DNA of 64,000 nt from an uncultured delta proteobacterium (GCA_963848295.1 CAWKDB010000011.1:448001-512000); one strand, 5' to 3'. Shown: positions 27,382 to 38,958, counted from the first letter of the stretch. The notes: generated from the sequence alone by a model not told the origin. Numbers and translations: made by a program.

Positions 27382-28692
27382 ATGAGCGAGACCCGGGCGC
27401 TGATCAGGCTCGCGATCCCACTCGCAGCGCAGCAAGTCGGGTTCCAGCTCATGGGCGCGGTCGACACCGCCTTGCTGGGCCGCTACAGCGACGCAGCGCT
27501 CGCCGGATCCGGCATCGGCAACACCCTGCTGTTCGCGGTGATCTCGGTCGGGATGGGCATCGTGATGGGCCTCGACACCGTGATCCCGCAAGCGGTCGGC
27601 GGCGGTCGGCGCGCGGATGCCCGACGCGCCCTCGGCGCGGGCCTGCGCCTCGCGTTGCTCATGGGGCTCGTCTCGACGTTGTTGGTCCTGCTGTCGCCGA
27701 TGCTGCTCACCGCGGCGAGCGTCCCGGCCGATGTCGTCACCGAGGCGCGGGTCTACACGTTCGCGCGCGCGATCGGCATCACCCCGTTCCTCGCGACGAT
27801 CGCGATCCGGCCCTACCTCGCGGCGTACGATCGAACCCGCGCGCTCGTCATCGCGACCGCCGTCGGCAACGTCGTCAATGCGCTCTTCGATCTCGTGCTG
27901 ATCTTCGGCGTGCCAGCGCTCGGCATCCCGCGTCTCGGCGTGCTCGGGGCAGCGATCGCGACCGTGGCGGTGCAAGTCGTGATGCTCGCGGTCTACCTGA
28001 TCGCGGTGCGCGACATCGACGGTCACGAGCCGCGCCCGGTCTCGACCACCGCCGATCTCAAACAGATCGTGCACTACGGCCTGCCCGTCGGCGGTCAGCT
28101 GTTCGCCGAGATCGGTGTGTTCACGCTCGCGACCGTGCTCGCCGCGCACATGGGCAAGCTCCCGGTCGCCGCTCACAGCATCGCGCTCAACCTCGCGAGC
28201 TTCACGTTTTCGTTCGCGCTCGGGTTGGGCGCGGCGACGTCGGTGCGCGTCGGCCAAGCCGTCGGCGCTGGCGACCTGGCGTTGGCTCGTCGCCGCGGCG
28301 AGCGTGGCTTGGGGCTCGGGCTCGGCGTGATGGCGTGCTGCGCGACCGCGTTCGTCGTGGCACCAGCTGCACTCGCGAGCATCTACACGAGCGATCGCGC
28401 GGTGATCGCCGCGACGATCCCGCTGCTCCAGATCGCGGCGCTATTCCAGCTGTCCGACGGGACGCAAGCGATCGCCTCGGGGGCGTTGCGCGGCCGGGGC
28501 CTGACGCGCACGACGTTCGCCGCGAATGTCGTTGGTCACTACGTCGTCGGGCTGCCGCTCGCACTCGCGCTGGGCTTCGGCGCCGCGATGGGCGCGCCCG
28601 GGCTGTGGTGGGGCCTGTCCGCGGGCCTGACCGCGACCGCGCTGTATCTCGTGATCGCGTTCTTCAGAAGTACGAGCCGAAACCCGCGATGA
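27382..28692 (+). CDS. MATE family efflux transporter (NorM-like)
   Basis: LAIP..Q..MGAVDT.LLGR, about 12 TM segments, AAHSIALN, VRVGQAVGA, FQLSDGTQ. Confidence 0.93.
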   Translation: MSETRALIRLAIPLAAQQVGFQLMGAVDTALLGRYSDAALAGSGIGNTLLFAVISVGMGIVMGLDTVIPQAVGGGRRADARRALGAGLRLALLMGLVSTLLVLLSPMLLTAASVPADVVTEARVYTFARAIGITPFLATIAIRPYLAAYDRTRALVIATAVGNVVNALFDLVLIFGVPALGIPRLGVLGAAIATVAVQVVMLAVYLIAVRDIDGHEPRPVSTTADLKQIVHYGLPVGGQLFAEIGVFTLATVLAAHMGKLPVAAHSIALNLASFTFSFALGLGAATSVRVGQAVGAGDLALARRRGERGLGLGLGVMACCATAFVVAPAALASIYTSDRAVIAATIPLLQIAALFQLSDGTQAIASGALRGRGLTRTTFAANVVGHYVVGLPLALALGFGAAMGAPGLWWGLSAGLTATALYLVIAFFRSTSRNPR

Positions 28693-30586
28693 AGTGCGGC
28701 ACGCCGGCGGGGCTGCCCGGCACCGCATCGAACGGGAACGCGAGGTCGAAGCGCCAGAGGTCGCGCGAGGTCTGCGGGATCAGAAACCGCAGCCCGAAGC
28801 CGGCGTCCTGGTGCAGCTGCATGTCGCCGAACGAATTCGCGGCGCCGCCGACCTCGTAGAACGCGACGCCGCCGATCCGGAACACCCAAAACGGCAACGG
28901 CATCGAGCGCACCTCGAGCAGCCCGGTGAGTCGGCGCTGGCCGATGAACTCGCTGATCGGATAGCCGCGCAACCCGCTGTCCGAGCCGATCGCATAGAAC
29001 GCGTTCTGCGTGTCGTGCCAACGCGTGTCGAGCTCGCCCTGCGCGACGACGCGAAGGTAGCGATAGATCGGCGTGCCGACCCGTAGCGCGACATCCGCGG
29101 TGTTGTCGATCGTCGTGCCGTCCTGGAACCGCATCGAGATGCCGGCCGACGGCCGGATGAAGCCCTCGCGGCACCACGGGAAAGTCCACCCCGCGCTCGC
29201 GCTCGGCTTGACGAAGTTGTAGGTCGACCCGAGCCACTGCAGACCCTTCGCGAGGGAGACGTCGAGGTCGGGTCCGTCCTTGAGATCCTCGACGAGATCG
29301 TACGTGCCGACGTCGTGCAGCATCCGATAGCGCGGCATGAACAGCGTGTATTCGATGTAGGGCGTCGACGTCACCTCCGAGCGCGGGAACACGTCGCGCT
29401 CGAAGTCGGCGAGCTGTTGCGGCGTGCCCGGAAAGTCTGCGAGCGCCGACGGGCGCTGGCTCGTCACGGTCTGACCGATCGCGACCTGGCTCTTGATCTT
29501 CGTACCCCACTGGCGGACGACGTTGACGTTCGCCGACCACACCTTGAGCCGGTACTCGTACGGCAACATGTCGTTACCCGGTGTGTTCGGATCGTCGTAC
29601 GTGCGCAGCCCGGCGGGCATCAACGGCGCCATGCCACCGAACGATCGCGCGACGCCGAAGTTGTGGCTGAACGATGCGCCGGCGCCCCACTCGCTCGCTA
29701 ACGACCACAGCGGCAGCGCGAGCGCGACCGCGCTGCTCGATCCCTCGGAGTGAAACTTGTGGGCGTCCTCCAAGCCGACCGGATCTCCGGGTGCGACGGC
29801 GTGGCGGGTCAAGATGTCGGAGACGCTCGCCGACAGCGTGAGGTGAGAGCCGAACAGGTTCTTGTCGATGAACTGCGGACCGACCGCGATCGAGCCCTCA
29901 TCCATCGAGATCGCCGCAGCGACCAAGTTGCGCTGGCCGAGGAAGTTGTTCTCCGACAGCGAGATCGCCAGGTTCGTCAACCTCGTCCTGCCGAACACGT
30001 CCTGCGCGGTGTACTGGGTGTTGAGTCGCAAGCTCCACACGTCGCGCGTGACGACGAGCAGGGTCACGCGACCGGGTGTCGGCGATTTCACCGGGATCAA
30101 CGCGATCACGCTGGAGTACAGCGGGTCGCGCAACCGGCGGCCGCTCTCTTCGACCCGCGCTTGGTCCCAGACTTCGCCGACGTTGATCGTCAGCTCGTCG
30201 CGGATCGCGAACTCGCGCGTCGTGTAGTGGAGGTGATTGGAGGTCCACTTTGCCGCTCCGCACAGCGAAGGCCACCACGCATCGCCACAGCCCTCCGGGA
30301 ACACGTTCTCGTTGAAGACCTCGATCCGATCGATCGTCTTACCCCACGGCTCGGGGTCGGGCTCGAGATGGCGAGCGCGCAACGCGCGATCGAGCGACTG
30401 CTTCTCGAGCCCGCCGTAGGTCTCGACCCAGTTGCAGCTCGGGTCGTGGGCGAGGCACGCGGCCTCGGCGGCGCCGCGGTCGGCGGCGGCGAGCGGCGGT
30501 GACGGCGGTGGCACGCGGGGCACGTCGGCGCGCGCGGACAGGCTCCGCATGACCAGCGCTACGCAGCCGAGCCAGTACCGAGGCAC
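28664..30586 (-). CDS. Omp85/BamA-TamA family outer-membrane protein
   Basis: Signal peptide, POTRA-like TREFAIRDEL segment, ENNFLG barrel start, GLRGYP lid motif, GFGLRF, C-terminal Phe. Confidence 0.8.
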   Translation of the reverse strand: MPRYWLGCVALVMRSLSARADVPRVPPPSPPLAAADRGAAEAACLAHDPSCNWVETYGGLEKQSLDRALRARHLEPDPEPWGKTIDRIEVFNENVFPEGCGDAWWPSLCGAAKWTSNHLHYTTREFAIRDELTINVGEVWDQARVEESGRRLRDPLYSSVIALIPVKSPTPGRVTLLVVTRDVWSLRLNTQYTAQDVFGRTRLTNLAISLSENNFLGQRNLVAAAISMDEGSIAVGPQFIDKNLFGSHLTLSASVSDILTRHAVAPGDPVGLEDAHKFHSEGSSSAVALALPLWSLASEWGAGASFSHNFGVARSFGGMAPLMPAGLRTYDDPNTPGNDMLPYEYRLKVWSANVNVVRQWGTKIKSQVAIGQTVTSQRPSALADFPGTPQQLADFERDVFPRSEVTSTPYIEYTLFMPRYRMLHDVGTYDLVEDLKDGPDLDVSLAKGLQWLGSTYNFVKPSASAGWTFPWCREGFIRPSAGISMRFQDGTTIDNTADVALRVGTPIYRYLRVVAQGELDTRWHDTQNAFYAIGSDSGLRGYPISEFIGQRRLTGLLEVRSMPLPFWVFRIGGVAFYEVGGAANSFGDMQLHQDAGFGLRFLIPQTSRDLWRFDLAFPFDAVPGSPAGVPHFIAGFGSYF

Positions 30587-30606
30587 TGGTTACGACTCTA
30601 CGATCG

Positions 30607-31458
30607 TCACGGCACGAGCCCCCACGTCACGCGCGGTTGTTTTCCAAGATCGTGCACGAGTGTGACACGCGCGACGCCGGCGGCTTCGAGCCGCGTCCGC
30701 ACCGCATCGGCCTGATCGAAGCCGTGCTCGAGGGCGATCGCGCCGCCGGGCGCGAGGTGCGCGCGCGCCGCGTTCGCGATCCGGTCGTAGAACGCGAGTC
30801 CGTCCGCCCCGCCGTCGAGCGCGATCCTCGGCTCGCGACGAACCTCCGCGTCGAGCGTATCGATCACCGCCGAAGCGATGTAAGGCGGGTTCGCGACGAT
30901 CAGATCGAAGCGCTCGCCGGCGACCGGCGCGAATAGATCGCCGACGCGAACGTCGACCCGGTCCAGCACGCCGTTGCGCTCCGCGTTGCGGCGCGCGATC
31001 GCGGCGGCATCACGCGAGACCTCGGTCGCGATCACGCGTGCCGCGGGGAGCTCGCGAGCGAGGCTGATCGCGACCGCGCCCGAGCCGGTGCACAGGTCGA
31101 GCACGGTACATGGCGCCGCGCGATCGGCGCGGGTCGCACGCGCGACCTCGATCAACGTCTCGGTGTCAGGTCGCGGCACGAGCACCGAGCGGTCGATCCA
31201 GAACGGCAAGCCCCACAGCTCGTGCTCGCCGACGAGATACGCGACCGGATCGCCGGCGAGGCGCTTCTTGATCAGCTCGCGATATCCGGCGAGCTCGGCC
31301 TCGCCGAGCGGCTTATCGAACGACGTATAGAGCTGGACGCGCGAGCAGCCGAGCACGTGGGCGAGCAGGATCTGCGCTTCGAGCCGCGCCGACGAGATCC
31401 CGGCGGTGGCGAACTTCTGCGTGGTCCAGTCGAGAACGGCGAGCGTGGTCCAGACCAC
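30607..31458 (-). CDS. prmC: Release factor glutamine N5-methyltransferase
   Basis: PVAYLVG, VLVPRPDTE, LDLCTGSGA, NPPY, EPRIALDGGADGL. Confidence 0.97.
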   Translation of the reverse strand: MVWTTLAVLDWTTQKFATAGISSARLEAQILLAHVLGCSRVQLYTSFDKPLGEAELAGYRELIKKRLAGDPVAYLVGEHELWGLPFWIDRSVLVPRPDTETLIEVARATRADRAAPCTVLDLCTGSGAVAISLARELPAARVIATEVSRDAAAIARRNAERNGVLDRVDVRVGDLFAPVAGERFDLIVANPPYIASAVIDTLDAEVRREPRIALDGGADGLAFYDRIANAARAHLAPGGAIALEHGFDQADAVRTRLEAAGVARVTLVHDLGKQPRVTWGLVP

Positions 31459-31486
31459 GCGATGCGTATAGCATCTTCCCGTCCGG

Positions 31487-32569
31487 TCAGCCGATCACCA
31501 CGACGTCGGCGTGGTTGATCCCGGTCGGGCCGGTGAGGATCAGCGCGCCGACCGCCGCCAGCGCCGTCCCCGCGTCGCGCCTCGCGAGCGCGACCGCGGG
31601 ATCGATCCCGGCCGCGGCGATCGCATCCCAGGTCCCGCCGTCGACGTACCCACCGGCCGGGGTCGGCCGAGACTGCGGCGGCGGACCGTCCGTGCCATCG
31701 CTGCCGGCGACGAACGCCGCGCGCGACGTGTCGCGCAGCTGACGCGCGAGCTCGAGCGCGAGCTGTTGGGCTCGACCGCCTTCGCCGTGACCGGCGTGCA
31801 CCTGCACGGTCGGCTCGCCCCATGCGACGCAAATGCCCGAGGTCGCCGCGAGCGCTCGCGCGACGTCTACCACATCGCCGACCGCGGGATCCGATCGAAG
31901 GCTGGCGCCCGGCAGTGCGGCGACGATCGCCTCCGCGAACGCGCGGATCGGAAGGATCACCTCGGCGTGATCACCGGCGCGATGCGCGACCGTCGGCGCC
32001 GAACCGATGACGTCGATCGAGTCGCCGATGACATCGCTGACCGCGAGCGTCACGATCGGTGCGGTGCATAGCCGCGCGAGCTTGCCGCCCTTGATCGCCG
32101 ACCGCGCAATGCGAGCCGCGTTGACGACGTCGATCGGCGCGCCGGCGGCGACGAGCATCGCGACCTCGCTCGTCAGCCGGTCGAGCGTCACGCCCTCGGC
32201 AGGCCGTTCGATCAGCGCCGACGCACCGCCCGACACGAGCGCGACCACCACGTCGTCGCGCCGCGCCGAACGCATCAGCTCGATCGCGGCGTCGCCGGCC
32301 GCGAGGCTGCGGTCGTCGGGAACGGGATGCGCCGACACGAGCGTGCGCCATCCCGAGGGCAGATGAGCGGCGGGCGGAAACGGGGCGATCGCCAGGCCGC
32401 GGTGGGTCACGCCGACGCCGCGCGCCATCGCATACGCGGCCTTGCCGATCGCGAGCGCGACCGTCGGACGCAAGCCGAGCCGCGCGATCGCCGCCGCGAC
32501 GTGAGGCGCGGGATCGCAGGCGACGATCGCGGCGCGAAACGCCGCTTCGCATCGCGCTCGCTCGATCAC
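31487..32569 (-). CDS. Glycerate kinase type 2 (DUF4147 + MOFRL)
   Basis: IGKAA..MA, AHPVPD, LVSGGASAL, SAIKGGKLA, SDVIGD..IGSAPT, GGRAQQ, GSDGTDG, TGPTGINHAD. Confidence 0.88.
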   Translation of the reverse strand: MIERARCEAAFRAAIVACDPAPHVAAAIARLGLRPTVALAIGKAAYAMARGVGVTHRGLAIAPFPPAAHLPSGWRTLVSAHPVPDDRSLAAGDAAIELMRSARRDDVVVALVSGGASALIERPAEGVTLDRLTSEVAMLVAAGAPIDVVNAARIARSAIKGGKLARLCTAPIVTLAVSDVIGDSIDVIGSAPTVAHRAGDHAEVILPIRAFAEAIVAALPGASLRSDPAVGDVVDVARALAATSGICVAWGEPTVQVHAGHGEGGRAQQLALELARQLRDTSRAAFVAGSDGTDGPPPQSRPTPAGGYVDGGTWDAIAAAGIDPAVALARRDAGTALAAVGALILTGPTGINHADVVVIG

Positions 32570-33705
32570 GACCGCGCCGCGAGCACGGCGTTGATCCGAT
32601 CGATGCCGACGTCGAGCCGCGCTTGATCGACCCCGGTGAAGCACAGCCGCGCATGCGCCGGCCACTCGCCGAACGCCCAGCCCGGCGCGAGCAGCACGCC
32701 GGCCGCCGCGATCCGCTCGAGCACCGCCATGCAGTCGGCGCCCCAGCGCGAGAAATCGACCCACAGATACGCGCCGCCGGGCGGTAACGCCGCCGGTGCC
32801 TGCAGGCGCGCACGCGCTCGATCGCGCGCGGTGCGATAGGTCTCGCGCGCCGCCGCGACCCAGGCATCGCCGCCGGTCAGTGCGCCGAACGCCGCGCGCT
32901 GCATCGCGACCGGCACGTTGAACACGCTGTGGTTCGCGAGCTTGCGGATCGTCGCGATCGCCGCCTCGGGCCCGACGGCGTAACCGACGCGCAGCCCGGC
33001 CTGCGCGTAGCTCTTCGCGAACGAGTACACGCTGATCGTGCGCTCCGGCACGAGCGGCGCGATCGAGGCGTGCGCCAGCTCGTAGCCGTACAGCTCGTAG
33101 ACTTCGTCCGCGAAGATCCACAGGCCGGCGCGCTCGGCGACTCGTGCGATCGCGGCGAGCTCGGCGGGCGAGCGCATCACACCATCGGGGTTATTCGGAG
33201 TCGCGAAGTAGATCGCGGTCGTGCGCGACGTGATCGCCCGCTCGAGCGCATGTTCGAGCGCGTCACCCCAAGCGGCGACCTCGACCGGCACGACGCCGCG
33301 CCCGAGCGCGATCCCGCGGATCAGCGGCCAATGGGGGCCGAGCAGGACGAGCTCGTCGCCTGGATCGCACAGCGCCTGCACCGCGCACGACAACGCGTGG
33401 GTCGTGCCCGCGGTGACCTGGACGCCGGCCGGCGTCGTCGCGATGCCGTTGTCGCGGGCCAGCTTCGCGATGATCGCGTCGACCAGCGGCGCCCAGCCAC
33501 CCGGCGCCCCGTACGCGTAGAGCTCGGCGGGCGCGAGCTCGCGCCAGTCGATGTGGTCGAGCGCGATCGGCGGGGCGAGATAGGTGTCGCCGATCTGCAG
33601 AGGGATGATGTCGCCGGTGAATCGGGCGAGATGCTCGCGCAGTCGCGCGAAGATCGACGCCGGTACGGCATCGCCAGCCGCCGAGACCCGTGGAAATCGC
33701 GCCAC
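32566..33705 (-). CDS. PLP-dependent aminotransferase class I/II
   Basis: TPNNPDG, ADEVY, SFAKSYAQAGLRVG (PLP Lys), ARLCF. Confidence 0.92.
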   Translation of the reverse strand: MARFPRVSAAGDAVPASIFARLREHLARFTGDIIPLQIGDTYLAPPIALDHIDWRELAPAELYAYGAPGGWAPLVDAIIAKLARDNGIATTPAGVQVTAGTTHALSCAVQALCDPGDELVLLGPHWPLIRGIALGRGVVPVEVAAWGDALEHALERAITSRTTAIYFATPNNPDGVMRSPAELAAIARVAERAGLWIFADEVYELYGYELAHASIAPLVPERTISVYSFAKSYAQAGLRVGYAVGPEAAIATIRKLANHSVFNVPVAMQRAAFGALTGGDAWVAAARETYRTARDRARARLQAPAALPPGGAYLWVDFSRWGADCMAVLERIAAAGVLLAPGWAFGEWPAHARLCFTGVDQARLDVGIDRINAVLAARS

Positions 33706-33821
33706 GAGTCGAGAGTAGCGTTAAGCCGCCTCGCGCGGGGCTGTGACGCGAGCACGCCGTCGGCGATCCGATGCGCGTTCGGTGTTGCCAGTTTCGCGAG
33801 GCGTCGCTACCGTCAGCGGCA

Positions 33822-36525
33822 GTGCTAGAGCTGCCCGCCGCAGAGCTTGTCCGGCCGCGCCGGCGCCCGCTCGGCTTCGAGCTCGTGCTGGTCGCGATCG
33901 TCTCGCTCGCGGTGCTCGTACCCGGGATCTGGAAGTACTCGCTCGTCGATCCGTGGGAGACCCACTATGGCGAGGTCGCGCGGCGGATGTTGCAGGACCA
34001 CGACTGGGTCCACACCGACTGGCAGAACGAAGGGTTCCGGTCCAAGCCGGTGCTCACGTTCTGGATGATGGCCGCGTCGATGAAGACGGTGGGGCTCGCC
34101 GACAACGGCGGCTACTCCGGCGAGATGGAGCACGACGCGCGGACGATGATCGCGATCCGGCTGCCGTTCATCCTCTCCGCGGTGCTCGGGCTGATGGCGA
34201 TGTGGTGGATGCTCGCGCGGCTGATCAGTCGGCGCCTCGCCTGGCTCGCGTTGCTCGTCGTCGGCTCGACCCCCTTCTTCTGCTTGATAGCGCGCCAAGG
34301 CATCCCGGACATGCCGCTGACCGCGTGCGTGATCGGCGCGATCTCGTTGTTCATCATGGCGATCGAAGACGGCGACGAGCCGCTGTCGCCGGTCTGGCGA
34401 TTGCGGCTTCCCGGCCATCGCCAGCTCGCGCTCGATGCGCGCCACGGGCTGTTCATCGTCGCCGGCGGGTTCGTCGTGGTGCAGGCGGTCTACTACGCGA
34501 TCTACTTCACGGTTTCGCCGAGACTCGCGTTGATGTATCCGCTGAACCCGGCGGTCGTCTTGCCGCTCGTGATGTTCGGCAGCTTGTTCGCCCTGTGGCG
34601 CGACGGCTGGCTGATCGTCCGGCTGCCGTTCATCGCGCTCGGTGGCGTGATCGCCGCGTTACGCAGGCGCGAGCTACCCGAGATCGATCCGAGCGCGACG
34701 CGTTGGCGGCGGATCATCGACGGCTACCTCGTGCCGTGGGAGCGCGACTCGATCGATCGCTATGTCGTGCGCGGCCTGACGTTCCCGATCGCGTGGGCGA
34801 ACGGTGAGGGTTGGACCAAGACCGATGCGATCGCCGACCACGTCCTGCAGATGAAGCCGATCACGACGATGCGCCAGGTCTACATGCTGTGGTGCTACGC
34901 GATCCTCGGCGTCAGCGTGCTCGCGAAGGGCCCGCCCGGGCTCACCGTCGTCGCCGGCGTCGGCTTGTTCTACGTCTTGCTGTTCAACAAGTGGCGCGCG
35001 TTTTACGACGGCGCGTTCGAGCTCAAGCGCGGGCTGATCCTGCTCGTGGTCGTCGCGTTCCCTTGGCACTTCGCGATGTACCTCAAGGACGGCGCGGCGT
35101 TCGTCGACGAGTACCTGTTCACGCACATCCTCAATCGCGCCGCCGCCGACCCCGACAAGTCCCTCGGCACGTTCGAGTATTACACCTCGCAGATCGGCCA
35201 CGGCATGTGGCTGTGGGCCGCGCTGCTGCCGGTCGCGCTCGCCCGCGGGCTCACCGCCGCCCGCACCGACACGCGCGAAGGTCGCGTGCGCTTTCTCGTC
35301 GCGCTGTGGGCGATCTGCGGCTTTGCCTTGTTCGGGCTCGTCCAGACCAAGTTCCATCACTACATCCTGCCCATGGTGCCGGCGCTCGGCATCCTCGTCG
35401 CGTTCTTCCTCGATGATCTGTGGACCGGTCGCGCGCGCCTGCACCCGCTGTACGCCGCGCTCGCGATCGGCGATCGTACTCTTGATCTGTCGCGATCTGA
35501 TGTGGGAGCCCGAGCGCTGGATCGAGATGTTCGTGTTCCGCTACGATCGGCCGTGGCCGGCCGGCGAGCCCTACGTGATCGATGTCAGCGACGGCATCCT
35601 CGCGTTGGGCCTGTGCGCGGTCGGTGCGTTGCTGATCGCCGCGCTGCCGTGGCGCCGGTTCGCGGTCGCGATGCTCGCGGCGTCCGGGCTCGCGATCTGC
35701 CTGTGGTGTCTCCAGGTCTACATGCCGATCGCCGGCAAGCATTGGGGCATGCGCGACGCGATCCACGCCTACTACGCCCAGCGCACGGTCTACGGCGAGA
35801 AGCTCGTGTACTTCGGGGCCGGCGAGCTCGCCGACGATTGGGCGGAGGTCGGCAAGTCGGGCGAAGGCCCGACGCGCAGCGCCGCCGAAGGCGGGGCGGA
35901 GGTAGCCGACCGGTGGTCGTTCGACACGTTCATCCCCGACAACTTGCAGATCGGTCAGCCGATGACGATCACGGTCGACGTCAACAAGGCGACCGAGCAA
36001 GACGAGCGGGTGATGGAGCAGGAGGTCGAGATGGTCGGCGCGGTCACCGCGATCGGCGATCACACGGTCACGGTCACGCTACCGAAGGCCGAGCGCGCCA
36101 AGCTCCGGCCGTTGATCAGGCGCGGCACCGTCATCGAGCACCCCGCGTTCCCGCTGCGCTGGATCTCGCGCGCGACGCTCCAGGTCTTGGTCCGGCGCGG
36201 CCGGCCACCGATCCACGAGGTCGAGGCCGATCGCTTGATCGCGTGGCAGCTGTACTGGCGCGGCGAGAACTTCTGGTCGGGCGACGAGATCTGGGGATGG
36301 CTGCCGGAGCAGCACACCGCGCTGGTCAAGACCGACAACGTCGAGTTCCTCAAGTACCTGAACGATCGCCACATCTCGCCGCTCGGTCGCCGCGTGTTCT
36401 TGATCAGCGAGGCCGGACGGGCACAAAGCGTGAAATCGATGTTGCCGACGCAGCGCGCGCGCGACAGCTTTGAGGTGATCGACACGACGAGCAACAAGTT
36501 CGCGATCGTCGCGTTCTACCTGTAG
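33822..36525 (+). CDS. ArnT/PMT-like (GT-C) membrane glycosyltransferase; apparent frameshift near 35470
   Basis: LVDPWETHYGEVARRM, SKPVLTFW, IRLP, DMPL, VLAKG, TKFHHYILPMVPAL; continues in the 35323-36525 frame. Confidence 0.85.
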
Positions 36526-36720
36526 CCCGTTCGGGTAGGCCTGTGTGCGCACGATTCGGTGAAACCGGGCTCGGCCGACCGTATCGAAGTTGGGGCCTGC
36601 CCCGGACGGCAGCGTCGCCGAATGGCGATGCGGTTCGACAGGGCGTTAGATCGATGGTTCAGCTGGCACGTGGAATGTTGATGCTATCCTCAGCCGTTAG
36701 CAGCCGGAACTAGCGGGAAA

Positions 36721-38958
36721 ATGGCGCAACCTCTCGACACGTCCGCCGATACCTCTGCCATCCACAGGCTGCTCGGGCGGGCCCGGTTGCGGATCCGCAG
36801 CCAATGGGCGCTCGAGGGCGCCACCACCGCGGCGATCCTCGCGGCCGCCGTCGCGCTCGTCGCGATCTTTCTGGTCCGCGTCGAGGTGATCTCGACTCCC
36901 GCGGCGATCGGCGTCTTGCTCGTCGCGCTCGGCATCGTCGTCGGCGGCGCCGTGCTCGCCGCGAGCCGCAAGCTCGACGACGAGCTCGTCGCGCGCCGCA
37001 TCGACCGTGCGTCGAACCTCGCGGATCGGCTGTCGACCGCGATCGCCTTCTCGCGCCTACCGAGCGAGCCCGGGGCCGACTCCGACGAGACCAGCCGCGA
37101 CTTGATGAATGCGGCGATCCGCGATGGCGTTCGCGCCGCCGACAAGGCCGATGTCGCCGCCGCCACACCGTTCGTCGCGCCGACCGACCTGCGCGCGGCG
37201 CTCGGCTTCATCGCGGTCTCGGCGCTCGCCGCCGGTCTGATGCTGCCGCGGCCGGACCGCTCGCCGCACATGTATCGCGCGACCCCGGATCACGCGCCGC
37301 CGGGCGCGGACGTCGTGCTCGAGGGCGTCCATCTCGGCGCTCGGGTCAAGCCGAAGCTCGCGCTCGGTGCTCGCACGATCGAGGTCACGAGCTGGGACGA
37401 CGACACGGTGCACGCGATCATCCCGGCGAACGCGCCGTTGGGCGACACCACGCTGGTCGCGACGATCGGCGAGCGAGCGGTCGAGCCCGTCAAGTTCACG
37501 GTCGTCGATCCGAGAGACTCGACGTTTCACAAGAAGGACGCGGTCGAGATCGAGCCCGACGAGCGCGCTTACATCGAGTCGATCGTCGCCGAGCTTCACA
37601 ACGTCGCGCAGCGCGACAAGGTGCCGGAGCTCGAAGACTTCGCAAAGAAGGTCGAGCAGCTGCTCAAACAGGCCGAGAACGGCGAGATCACGAAGGAGAA
37701 GATGCTGCAGGCGCTCGCACAAGCCGAGGACGCGCTCAACAAGCAAGCGGAGCCGAATCAACCCGAGGTCGACAAGAAGCTCGGCGAGATGGGCCAAGAG
37801 CTGAAGCAAGACGCGCTGACCAAGCCCCTCGGCGAGGCCCTGCAGAAGAAGGACCTCGAGAAGGCCAAGCAGGAGCTCGAGAAGCTCGCCGAGAAGCTCG
37901 ATCAGAAAGAGCTAACCGACCAGCAGAAACAGGAGCTCGGCAAGAAGCTCGACGACGTCGCCAAGCAGATGGAGAAGCAGGACAAGCAGCAGGACGACAA
38001 GCACGACCAACAAGCCGACAAGCTGCGCGACGAGATCCGCCGCCTCGAAGAGCAGAAAGACAAAGCCAAGAACGAGCGCGAGCGCCAGGACACCGAGCGT
38101 CGGCTCGACGACAAGCGCGAGGAGCTGAAGAAGCTCGAAAAAGACCAGCAGGACAAGGACCAGTCCGACGAGCGGCGCGCGCTCAAGCGCCTGTCGCAAG
38201 ACATGGAGAAGGCCGCCGAGAATCTGCAGAAGCCGGACAAGGGCCAGAAAAAAGACCCGAACGACCAGGACGGCCAGGACCAACGCGACCGGCAGGCGTC
38301 GCAGAAGCTCAAGGACGCCGCGCGCGAGACCGGCCGCGTCGATCAGGATCAGCGCCGGCAGGCGACCCAGCGAAAGATGTCGTCGCAGATGGACGATCTG
38401 CGCGAGGCGCTACGGCGTGCGAAGCAAAAGGGTAACAAGGGGCCGCAGGATCCGTTCAACCGCCAAGGCAAGAACCAGGACTTCGCGTCGCGCGCGCGCG
38501 GCGGCAAGGGCAACGGTGGCGCGTGGAAGCCTGGCCAGGGCAACCGTGGCCAAGGTCCCGGGCAAGGTCTCGGCCAAGACGGCCAGGGCGGGCAAGGCTC
38601 GGACCATCAAGGCGGTGGCTCGGGCGGCGATTCGTGGGGCACCGAGCACGACCCGAACCTGACCGGCGATCCGACGCAGGAGTCCGGCAACCAGAAGGAC
38701 GAAGCCGTCTCCGGCAAGCAAGGCGATCAAGGCGGCTCGATCCGCGAGACGATCCTCGCCGCCGCGCACAAGGGCTTTGCCTCGGTCGGTTACAAGAAGG
38801 TCTACGCCGACTACGACCAGATCGTCGAAGAGGTGATGCGAAACGAGAAGCTACCCGCGAGCTACAAGTACTACGTCAAGCGTTACTTCGCGAAGATCCA
38901 CCCGAGCATGGCGTCAGCGCCAGCTCCTGACACGCAGCCGGAGACCCCGAAGCCATGA
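36721..38958 (+). CDS. Membrane-anchored coiled-coil protein with IPT/TIG-like domain (MoxR operon partner)
   Basis: N-terminal TMs, LADRLSTA, VTSWDDDTV (IPT-like), long Q/K/E/D coiled coil, Gly-rich linker, C-terminal E.LP.SYK.YVKRYF. Confidence 0.75.
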   Translation: MAQPLDTSADTSAIHRLLGRARLRIRSQWALEGATTAAILAAAVALVAIFLVRVEVISTPAAIGVLLVALGIVVGGAVLAASRKLDDELVARRIDRASNLADRLSTAIAFSRLPSEPGADSDETSRDLMNAAIRDGVRAADKADVAAATPFVAPTDLRAALGFIAVSALAAGLMLPRPDRSPHMYRATPDHAPPGADVVLEGVHLGARVKPKLALGARTIEVTSWDDDTVHAIIPANAPLGDTTLVATIGERAVEPVKFTVVDPRDSTFHKKDAVEIEPDERAYIESIVAELHNVAQRDKVPELEDFAKKVEQLLKQAENGEITKEKMLQALAQAEDALNKQAEPNQPEVDKKLGEMGQELKQDALTKPLGEALQKKDLEKAKQELEKLAEKLDQKELTDQQKQELGKKLDDVAKQMEKQDKQQDDKHDQQADKLRDEIRRLEEQKDKAKNERERQDTERRLDDKREELKKLEKDQQDKDQSDERRALKRLSQDMEKAAENLQKPDKGQKKDPNDQDGQDQRDRQASQKLKDAARETGRVDQDQRRQATQRKMSSQMDDLREALRRAKQKGNKGPQDPFNRQGKNQDFASRARGGKGNGGAWKPGQGNRGQGPGQGLGQDGQGGQGSDHQGGGSGGDSWGTEHDPNLTGDPTQESGNQKDEAVSGKQGDQGGSIRETILAAAHKGFASVGYKKVYADYDQIVEEVMRNEKLPASYKYYVKRYFAKIHPSMASAPAPDTQPETPKP

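Noticed and set aside
36664..36678. Sigma54-like TGGCACG upstream of the MoxR operon
   Set aside because: The -12 element reads ATGT rather than TTGC; insufficient support.
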